Source: Octopus vulgaris (Eukaryota). Taken from it: DNA of 64,000 nucleotides. The notes beneath the pieces were generated by a model. It did not search any database. It saw nothing but the letters and a program-made list of their open reading frames with translations, and had not been told where the DNA came from. Made by a program: the position numbers and the translations under genes. Positions within the stretch are counted from its first letter, which is position 1; each line of letters opens with the position of its first letter. The stretch covers positions 38,068,001-38,132,000 of the forward strand of contig OX597835.1 in the NCBI GenBank assembly GCA_951406725.2, written 5' to 3'. This document shows, one piece after another, positions 53,594 to 64,000 of the stretch.

Positions 53594-54503
53594 GTTGTCG
53601 GCAGTCAGAGGTGTGAAATTTGTCAGAAGGGCATACCTCTGGTGACAGCACTAAGATAAATTGTATTTCTTGTTGATGGATACTGCAGGTTGTTGGAGGA
53701 TATACAGTTTTTCGCGGAGGTAGAGATGATAGTTAGGGGCACCGGGTGAATATGTTGGCATTCTGTGGACAATAGTCCACTTGATGCTGGGTGTTTCGTC
53801 TCGGATGTCGTGAAGTCTCCAGAGAAAACGAGGCAGGGAAGTAGAGTTCTCTCTGTCCTTGGATCTGAACGAGTGTATATGCTGGAAGTATCTTTCCTCG
53901 AAGTCATTAGCTGTCATACGTGTATAGTGCCTAGTAATGCCATCGAATGACGTAAGGGTGGTTCTGTATGCTACGGCCCTTGAGAAGCATGATCCTTTTA
54001 GAGGGCACATGGTGGGATTTCGGAAGTTGCAAGCTGGGGTTGGGAGTGGTGCGGATGCATTTTTACGTCTGTTGATGCGTGCGATGTTAGATGCAATGTT
54101 GTCTAAGCAGGAGTAGCTCACCTTAACATTTTGGGGTTAAAGAGTTTGTAATACTTGAGACCTCTGAAGAAGTGTATCTTAATTAACAGCAGGAAACTGG
54201 CTAGGTTGAAAGGGGGTTATACCATATAATTTTCCCTTTCCTAATCGTTTTGGAATGAGAAGAGGGTGTCTGGGAGTTGTCTACATATGTGGATGTATAC
54301 TGCTGCCCCGTTAGGCTTCCTGTACGGTAAATACTTTCCCAACATATTCACCCGGTGCCCCCAACTATCAGCTCTGCCTCCGTGAAAAACTATATATCCT
54401 TCAACAACTCGCTGTGTCCATCAACAAGAAATATTATTTATCTTATAGCTGTCACCAGAGGTATAACCTTCTGGCAAATTTCACGACTCTGACTGCCGAC
54501 AAC
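53594..54503 (-). mobile_element. Penelope-like element: linker plus GIY-YIG remnant (53594-54260) with an inverted 3'-end copy (54339-54503)
   Basis: KIIWYNP, VKVSYSCLDNIAS, CNFRNPTMCPLKGSC, RY.QH..SFR, IKWTIV, LREKLYIL; 53594-53758 is reverse-complemented at 54339-54503. Confidence 0.92.
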
Positions 54504-54514
54504 CTGGATATACC

Positions 54515-54732
54515 TATTTCTTTGCTAATCACAGAAGGGACAAACAAGGACAGACAAACGGATTAAGTCGATTACATCGACTCTAGTATGTAACTGGTAC
54601 TTAATTTATCGATCCCGAAAGGATGAAAGGCAAAGTCGACTTCGGCGGAATTTGAACTCAGAACGTAACGGCAGACGAAATACGGCTACGCATTTTGCCC
54701 GGCGTGCTAACGTTTCTGCCAGCTCTCCGCCT
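54515..54732 (-). mobile_element. SINE family S2
   Basis: Match to 7297-7530. Confidence 0.88.
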
Positions 54733-55517
54733 TATATTCCACCTTAGTACTAGCTGCTACTCTACATCGCCTCCATTTAGGTCCCGTGATCAACCAACCC
54801 CATGAACAGGACCACCAATTGCCAATCCTCAAAGCTTACCAATCTCCAACGCTTACCAATTCCCAGACTCATGCATGCACACGCGCGAGTACGCTTGTGC
54901 ATAGGAATGCATGTGTGCGCTCACACTAAAATGCATGCGTATATACATATGTACACATAAATGAATACGCATGTTTGTGTGTGTGTGTGTGTGGGGGGAG
55001 GTATACATGTGTATGCATGTGTGTGTATGCGCGCCTGTATGTGTGTGTGTGTACGCGCTCATGTTCGTTCACATATGTGTGTGTGTGTGTGCATGCATGC
55101 GTATATACATGCATGCGTATATACATATGTACACAAATGAATACGCATGTTTGTGTATGTGTGTGTGGGGGATATACATGTGTATGCATGTGTGTGTACG
55201 CGCTCATGTTCGTTCATATATATGTGTGTGTGTTTGTGCATGTGGGTGTGTGCGTGCGCGCCCATGTACAGATGGGCATGCTCGCATCAATTCAGACATG
55301 CATGCAAAACCATACACCCACATATACAACTATTTACTTACTTCCCTCCAACAACCCGACCCATTTCTTGTCCACCTCGTGGTCAATTTCCTGTTCACTA
55401 TGCGGTATTTTCCAACCAACTGTTGTCGCTGGTATACCGATATACCAACATCAAGCCACGACACAACGTGACCTTCCTCGATCAGTTGCAGCCCACCTCA
55501 TGATAATAACAATCAAC

Positions 55518-55963
55518 TTCTTTCATTCAAATTTAAAATAGCTGAAGACGAGTATCACGCATGAAACTCGGATTACCAACGAATTTGAATTAAACTGTTT
55601 TGATCCATATATGTAACTGACAATAAATTTGTTGAGTGCCATTCTTCCGCTTGTCCACTCAATCGTATATATATATGCATATATATAAATATGTGTGTGT
55701 CTGTGTGTGTGTGTGTGTGTGTACACATACTTTATTTGTAGGTTAACAAGGCAACCAATGCTTTCATGCAAATATATTAACATCAACAATTACATCTGCA
55801 ACAGTGAGTAGTCAGGCCAGCGGAAACACGTGTAGGTCGTTATAATATGCTGTATATAACTATAGAATAAATTGTGGATCAAAATAGTTTGATTCAAATT
55901 CGTTGGTAATCCGAGTTTCATGCGTGATACTAGTCTTCAGCTATTTTAAATTTGAATGAAAGA
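55518..55963. repeat. ~90-bp inverted repeat (55518-55607 / 55874-55963) containing a CTGAAGA...GAAAC motif
   Basis: Reverse-complement match by eye. Confidence 0.85.
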
Positions 55964-56039
55964 ATATATATATTGACAGAAACGGTAAAACAACAAAAGA
56001 ATGAAAGAGACCTCGATATTATGTAAATAGAGGAATTTT

Positions 56040-56204
56040 AGCCACTACACACATTTTTTCTCTCCTTGTTTTTTCTGTATCCCTTTCTGTAGAAGAGCGT
56101 AGGCTCGAAACGTAAAAGACTTTTTCTATTCCTGAGCGTTATACTAATACATCTGTTTGTTTTATACACCACCTGTCTTCGTCTTTTATTTTTTCGCAAA
56201 CTCT

Positions 56205-56210
<6 letters not shown>
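56040..56210 (+). mobile_element. Family A short element with a hammerhead-like motif at 56083-56118
   Basis: CTTT-CTGTAGA-A-GAGC-GTAG-GCTC-GAAAC-GTA-AAAG followed by a (TA)n tail. Confidence 0.75.
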
Positions 56211-56257
<47 letters not shown>

Positions 56258-56899
56258 CTAATATCAAACAGTGAAAATATCTGCTCATTGGTGGCTAAAT
56301 ATTCCTTATTGTAGGTTACCAAAGTAACCAATGTTTTTATGTAAATAGGAACTTCTAAACAATCATTAAACCTGCCACATGAGAGCGTTGATATTCGTTT
56401 CCAAATAGGATGAGAATACCATAATCCAAAATGGAGACGAATACCAAGGTTACAAGCGTGTAGCTTGATAATTATTAAGAGATTTGCATGAAAGCATTGG
56501 TTGCCTTGTTAACCCACAAATAAAGTATGTGTACACACACACACATATTTATATATATGCATTTATATTAACATCAACAATTACAACGGCAACAGTGAGT
56601 AGTCAGGCCAGCGGAAACACGTGTAGGTCATTATAATATGCTGTATATAACTATAGAATAAATTGCGTGGATGTAAAAGTCTCCATACTCTTTTTTATTG
56701 TTAATGTTAATATATACTCCAGACAAGTTTGACCCTCCGACGAAGGATACACGGAATTGCCCATCGAAAGAATTCACGGACTGACTAACAACTAATTGTT
56801 GTCACAGACTTTAAATACTGATCGTTTTGGTTAGCCGTCAACTGGAACTTGACAGAGAGCTAATACGGTATCCGCCCGGAAAATATATCCCTTCCAAAT

Positions 56900-56988
<89 letters not shown>

Positions 56989-57325
56989 TATTTATTAATA
57001 TATATTTTTATTAATATATATATATTATTTTTTAATTTTTGTACATATTTATTATTATTTTTTTACAAAAAACAATGTAATTTTCTTTTTTCCCCTTTCT
57101 CACTTTAAAAAAAATTTCTTCCTTTACAATTCTTGAAAAGTCACATTATGACGAAAACCGGTTTGAATTAATATATATTTATATATTTTATCAATTTTTC
57201 AAAAACTTTTTCCATACACCCATTTTCATTAAAATTTTCTTTCAATTTAGCATTCTGCATTTTTACAATTTTTCCTTGCTTATCATTTCTCCACGTGCGG
57301 TCAACACAACCCTACCATTTATTGA

Positions 57326-57382
<57 letters not shown>

Positions 57383-57488
57383 GAGAAATAGGATAAAATC
57401 TTTATAATATTTTATCCAGTAGTTAGCGTGAAAAACCTCATAAGGGAACAATCCATCAATTATTCCTCTTAAATATATTTACTTATAT

Positions 57489-57675
57489 TAAGGGCATTAC
57501 TATACATAAATGCATCACGCTAGAGGGACTCTTAAAGTCAAAACTACCATAATAAATAAACACATTGTATGGAATGCGAGGGAATGCAACTCGCGTTCGA
57601 TACAATTGTTTATTTATTAGGGTAGTTTTAACTTTAAGAGTCCCTCCTAGCATGAGGCATTTATGTATAGTAATG

Positions 57676-57680
<5 letters not shown>
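57489..57680. repeat. Foldback hairpin (~90-bp arms) between (TA)n tracts
   Basis: Arms are reverse-complementary around GGAATGCAA. Confidence 0.92.
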
Positions 57681-57733
<53 letters not shown>

Positions 57734-57989
57734 ACGGGATTGAAGCAGAACTTTAGTCTAAAGACGGTTTTACTGCATCGGTACTTTAGATTTAGATCAA
57801 TAAAAACAGGAGCAGCTACACCAACACCAATAAGAGTCACAATAACAATATCAATAGCAACATCAAAAAAAGAACGAATCGAAACATTCTGACAAAAGAA
57901 AATCCTTTTTTTTTATGAAAACAGAAATATTTTATGTTTCTTTTTGATATCTTAATCAAATATCTTTCCTTTTCATTTATCTTGAAGCG

Positions 57990-58165
57990 TATGGATAGGA
58001 ATAAGAAAAGATATATTTTATGGTATAACCCAGTATCTATTCTAGCACGTAGAAGTAATGTTCCAAGAAAATTCTTTAATTTAGTAGATTGCCATATTTC
58101 GCCAGGGTGCAAATATAGTAAAAGATATTTAATAGATAGTGCATTAAAGTTAGTTAGTAAGAACT
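57990..58165 (+). mobile_element. Penelope-like element linker remnant
   Basis: RNKKRYILWYNP..NVPRKFFNLVDCHISPGCKYSK matches the PLE motif RKRNIIWFNPP..NIGK.FL.LIDKHFP. Confidence 0.7.
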
Positions 58166-59469
58166 TTGTTATATCAAAGGTTATGTATACTGTTTATATT
58201 AATCAGATTGGCGTATAAACAGTGTACATAATATAAGTTCACCTCAGCAATATAGAAGTGCAATATCAATATTTATAATATTGCATAGCTTAATGAAATA
58301 GACTGTGAAACACTGATGAACAGTGATCTCGCAACTCCCAGAATTCATGGTGATTCAGGCAAAATTTGTATAATACGTCTTTTCAATTTTGTATAAAGTA
58401 AAATTATTAAATATAACCATTAATTAAAAGTGTAATAATGAAAACAGAAAATATTTCAGCAGAAAATAGACGGTAATCGTTTGGCAAAGTCGATATATAT
58501 TCAGGACTAAAGTCGTAACCCCCCCCCCCAAAAAAAAACCCCCAGATATACCTAAAGTATATACTAAGGTAACTGGATTGACAATCAAAATCGATTTTAT
58601 TAACATAAACATTCCTTTATCGTCCCTGGTAAAAAAAAATGCGTTACAGCTTGTCGAAATTTATATAGTTCTTACATGAAGCAAGTTCTCAAGAATTCCA
58701 AATTTTCAGGTCGATTGTAGATAAGGGGTCGATTAATTAAATACCAGTTGAGTACTGGAGTCGACAGGCCCCTCTCCAAAAATTTCGGGCCTTGTGCCTA
58801 GAATAGAAAAGAAATAAAAAATGTGGCATAACTTTTGCTTCAGCAAAAAATTACGAATTGTTTTCCGAAGGAGTAAGATTTTGAGCAAAAGACCTGAATT
58901 GTTAGACTGTTGTATGCATGGAGCAAAATATCTTTCCTTCAAACATCCGCCCCCTTGAATTTCAATCTGGTTCGGGGGAAAAAGGGTTGGTTTCAAAGTA
59001 TTTAAAAAAAATTGTTTATAAAATGCTACTGAAACCACAACTTCATCTCATGAGGACAGTTCTTAAAATTACCTGTCTTGTGTCGTCTCCCACGAGAATC
59101 AGGAATTAAATGAAAAACGTAAAACAGCCATTTTTACACGTAGCGTTCACACGATTTACAAAAAACAAAGATTAGCTGAGATATCAATTTTCTGCTAAAA
59201 CATTATCTGCTTTTGTTATTGTACTTTTAATTAATGGTTATCTCCAGTGATTTTAATTCATGCAAAAACGAAATGGCGTTCAATGGAAATTTTGTCTGAA
59301 AGACATTTTGCTGTGGTATGGTACGGTCATGGTTTTAAATTGTTCAAATGTTATAGAACCATGACCGTCTGTTTCTTCATTAGTATGCCAATCGTCCTTA
59401 TATTCTTACCAATTTCCGTTCTCTTTTAGTCTGTCAAAATAAACATAGTTGGCAAATATATATATAGTT

Positions 59470-59524
<55 letters not shown>

Positions 59525-59596
59525 AAAGTTAAATGCGATACAATAAAATTAATTATATATATATATATAGTTGGCATATATATATATATATATATA

Positions 59597-59762
59597 TACG
59601 ACTGGCTTCTTTCAGTTTCCGTCTACCAAATCCACTCACAAGGCTTTGGTCGGCCCGAGGCTATAGTAGAAGACACTTGCCCAAGGTGCCACGCAGTAGG
59701 ACTGAACCCGGAACCATGTGGTTGGTAAGCAAGCTACTTACCACATAGCCCCTCCTGCGCCT
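59597..59762 (-). mobile_element. SINE family S1 5' half, CpG-intact
   Basis: Head and CORE-like motifs. Confidence 0.9.
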
Positions 59763-60169
59763 ATGTTTATCTTGGCAGGCTAAAAGACAATGGAAATTGG
59801 TGAAGATGAAAGGATGATGGATAGACTGATGGAGAAACAGACGGTCTTAGTTCTACGCCATTGGAACTTAAAATATGTACCCTTGGGGTAACCGAATTCT
59901 TTCAGAGAAAATTTGCAGAGTTTGTCATTTCGATTTTGCATAAATTAGAATTGTTGGAGATAACAATTAATTACATACATAATAGCGAAAAATAGATTAT
60001 GTTTTAGCGGAAAATAGATAATATCTTAGCTTCTAGCTTTGTGTTTATAGTAGTTGATATATACAAATTCTGTTTGTTGGTGTTGAAATAATAAGAACAG
60101 AGAAATATAGATGTGGGAGATATCGAAAGATGGATCGTTAGAATTGAAATATGTGCAAAAGTGGCAAAA

Positions 60170-60395
60170 ATATTGGCTTCAGATTTTTTGCTTAAGGTCA
60201 GCCATTGCGGTTGAGGGAGTAAGTAAGTCGATCACATCAGCCCTAGTTTTCGATTGATATTTATTTCATCGACCTCGAAAGTTTTGAAAGACAAAATCGA
60301 ACCTCGGCGGCATTTGAACTCAGAACGCAAAGACGAACGAAATGCCGCTAAGCCTTTTTGCACGGCGTGCTAATGATTCTGCCAGCTCGCCGCCT
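60170..60395 (-). mobile_element. SINE family S2
   Basis: Family motifs. Confidence 0.8.
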
Positions 60396-60460
60396 TAATA
60401 ATAATAATGATACTAATAATAATAATAATAATAAAAATAATAATAATAATAATTATAATT

Positions 60461-60504
<44 letters not shown>

Positions 60505-60514
60505 TATAATAATG

Positions 60515-60550
<36 letters not shown>

Positions 60551-60614
60551 TAATAATAAAAATAATAATAATAATAATGATAATGACAATAATAACAATA
60601 ATAATAATAATAAT

Positions 60615-60741
<127 letters not shown>

Positions 60742-60778
60742 TAATAATAAAAATAATAATAATAATAATGATAATGAC

Positions 60779-60906
<128 letters not shown>

Positions 60907-60912
60907 TAATAA

Positions 60913-61128
60913 TCCTTTCTACAAAAGGCACAAGGCCTGAAATTTGTGGGGAGGGGGCTGGTCGATTACATTGACCCCAGTTCTCAACTGGTGCTCATTT
61001 CATCGACCCCCGAAAGGACAAAAGGCAAAATCGACCTCGACGGAATTTGAACTCAGAACGCAAAGACGGACCAAACGCCGCTGAGTATTTTGTCCGGCGT
61101 GGTAACGATTCTGCCAGCTTGCCACCTT
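60913..61128 (-). mobile_element. SINE family S2
   Basis: Family motifs. Confidence 0.85.
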
Positions 61129-61924
61129 TCAGTGGTAGACACATTAAAATATGAATTGTAAGTGTTGAAGTAACGAAGGACATTTGTCTCTTGGATTATA
61201 TGTGTTGCTGTTGTGGATACAGGTATACTTGAATGGTTTAAATGTTTGCCTTGCAATCATGAGGTTTCAGTTTCGATTGCACATTATGACATCTTGGGTC
61301 ATTGTACTTTTTTTTACCATAGCCTCGATCGACTCGTTACCTGTCAGTGAAAATTCAGTGTGGAAGTTCATCAAACAGATTCTGACTAGAATACAAAAGT
61401 CCACGATATCACATCTTATAGCATACCGATTCGGCCTAAGAATCACTTTAATGCGTTATGTGTACGTGGAATACACAGTGTTACGCATCCACATCTATGT
61501 GTATACGTAGGTATACATGTGTAGAATACATCCCCACTTTTGGCACTATTTTATTAGTAAACAGCACGAACTGTGTCTAAAGTATATAAGTATTACTACG
61601 CTGAATGTCGGACAGTTCGTGTAACATGTAAAGCAAATAAACACGTAAAACGATAACAATGCCTTCATTTGAGTTGTCTATCACCCATCAAGAATGGAAC
61701 TACACATAACACACAGCCACTTTACACGTTAATTTAACCGAGTGTTGTGTTCATTCCCGAATCATTTCCCTTGAGGCCAACATTCCTTATGAATATTATT
61801 CCTACCACCGTATTTGTTATTCATTTTCTGAACAGAATGCTCGGAGTTTGGCACCTGTAGGTACACCCGTATCAGGCCTCATGCAAGTTTATAATACTCT
61901 CAGTTATAAGCTTTTAAGTAATAC

Positions 61925-62136
61925 TGATTTCAAATTTTAGCACAAGGCCAGCAAGTTCAGAGAAGCGAGATAGTCGATTAGATCGACCCCAGTGCCCAAC
62001 TGGCACTTGTTTTATTGACCCCCGAAAGAATGAAAGGTAAAGTCAACCTCGGCCGAATTTGAACTCAGAACGTAAAGGCGGACAAAATGCCGCTAAGCAT
62101 TTTGTCCAACGCGTTAACATTTCTGCCAGCTCACCG
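61925..62136 (-). mobile_element. SINE family S2
   Basis: Family motifs. Confidence 0.85.
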
Positions 62137-62163
62137 ACTTATGCCTTTAAGTAATATTACCTA

Positions 62164-62483
62164 TTCTGTTGTGTCTGGGGAAAGTCATTTTCTTTTTGTG
62201 CCTTATAATGTAACACACTCACTGGTAAAATTTCCACTTGTTTCTTATTTCTATTTTCCTAAAACTTTCGTTGCGTTTTGCAGCCTTTTCAATAGTCTTG
62301 ACTCTTGAAAATGTTGCAAGACGCAACGAATATTTTAGGAAAATAGAAATAAGAAACAAGTGGAAATTTTACCGGTGAGTGTGTTAAATTATAAGGCACA
62401 AAAAGAAAATGACTCTCCCAAGACACAACAGAATATGCTTCAACACACGAAGGATCTTGCAAACCAGATACGAAAACGAAATA
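62164..62483. mobile_element. Foldback insertion (~130-bp arms plus a ~48-bp tail) with a 12-bp flanking direct repeat
   Basis: Hairpin 62162-62435; TAATATTACCTA at 62152-62163 and 62484-62495. Confidence 0.85.
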
Positions 62484-63106
62484 TAATATTACCTAATTAT
62501 ATGCACCTCTTTTCATTATCGATATTATAGTAGCAACTATTCGCCGCATATTTGAAACAGCTGTAAAGATGGTTTTGCATTTTGTAAATATATGTAATAT
62601 CTCATATAAATGCATTATTGACATCTATGATTATTATTCTTTCTTTCCTCTGGAAGTGCATCCTTCTTCAAACCAACTCCTCTGTTTCTGGAGTTTGTTA
62701 TCCTGATTAAGAAAGTCTTCTTGAATTCGATCAGATCAAGCATTAATTTAATGTACTTCTTTATTCTATGCTAACACTAGCATCTTCTCAACCATTATAC
62801 ATGTGTGTGTATGTATGTGTGAGTGTGTGATGCGTGCATGTGTACACGTGTGTATGTGAGTGCATGTGTGTGTATGTGTTGGTGTGTGTGGTGTATACGT
62901 GAGTTTGTAAATTCTGTTGCTCTATACCATTACATTTGGTAGTTTAGAAGCTACAAGATGAATGTCGCCATTACACTAACGTGAGAGCGCGTGTGTGATA
63001 GTATAGGGTGAGTTAAACATAAAACTGAAAGCCACAATGTATTGACAGAATATTATGATATATTTATGTACATAATACATACATACGTACATACATACAC
63101 ACACAC

Positions 63107-63162
<56 letters not shown>

Positions 63163-63293
63163 TATGTATATATGTATTTATATATATTTATATATATATG
63201 TATTCATATATATATATCTGGGTGTGCACATGCATATATATATATATATATATTTTTTTTTTTTGAATACATACATTCATATATATATATATG

Positions 63294-63361
<68 letters not shown>

Positions 63362-63424
63362 TGTATCTATCTATCTATCTATCTATCTATCTCACTATCT
63401 GCCTCTCTATATATACATATACAT

Positions 63425-63459
<35 letters not shown>

Positions 63460-64000
63460 CATATATATACATACATATATGCATACATGTATAGGTATAT
63501 ATACCTACAAATAAATGTATGTATAGATACACACGCACTCACACACACATGTATACGTCTGCGTATGTATGTATGTATGTATGTGTGAGTGTGTATGTGT
63601 GTGTGTGTGTATGTGTCTGTATGTGCGAGTGTGTATAAGCCTGATATATATTGCACAAGTTTTTTTTTTATTTATTACGTTATATTTATAAAATTATAAA
63701 CATATCTAAGCAAACAAACAACAAAAAACCAACCAAACAAACAAACAAACTAGACAACAATTGTGTATCTTTAAACAATATAAATATTTATTTCCAGTGT
63801 ATATAAAATATTAAAAAAAATATATATTGTTTAGCAATAATGTTAACATGACTTTCGAAGTATTCTTTCTCTCTGATTTTGGCGAAGTACAATTTTCCAG
63901 AGGCAGAATTTCATTCGGTTTTTCAACAATAATGGTTTAATTAATTCTAAGAATTCTCATTTTTCTACCTCATTGGTTTAGGAATTATTATTATTATTAT

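Noticed and set aside
58305-58340. CTGATGA motif downstream of a PLE remnant
   Set aside because: No GAAA box or pairing stems
59158-60050. Diverged ~50-bp inverted repeat as DNA-transposon ends
   Set aside because: Too decayed; no TSD or superfamily signature identifiable

Overview
Eukaryotic, AT-rich, microsatellite-dense DNA whose SINE families resemble those of octopus (coleoid cephalopod); the taxon is recognised from memory, not from a search. Nearly all ORFs in the supplied track are artefacts of (TA)n, (TAA)n, (GAT)n/(GGT)n, (ATGT)n, (GATA)n and (CA)n repeats. The real content is: four or five abundant SINE families; 3' fragments of RTE, CR1-like and R4/Dong LINEs; several Penelope-like element (PLE) GIY-YIG remnants with inverted duplications; two mariner derivatives, a Tc2/pogo MITE and a Helentron-type HINE; and two phase-compatible plus-strand exons of an unidentified gene (4931-5105, 13451-13558). 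The most interesting signal is a set of short elements embedded in (TA)n that carry type I hammerhead-ribozyme motifs with recurrent non-canonical cores (CCGAnGA, CTGTnGA). One hammerhead caps a G-U-rich RNA rod inside a self-contained ~290-nt structured unit (29271-29556, retrozyme-like). The window also has many foldback insertions, a SINE/LINE partner tail, a TAA-associated non-coding retroposon and a CpG-content boundary near 50-53 kb. Coordinates were read by eye and repeat boundaries are approximate.
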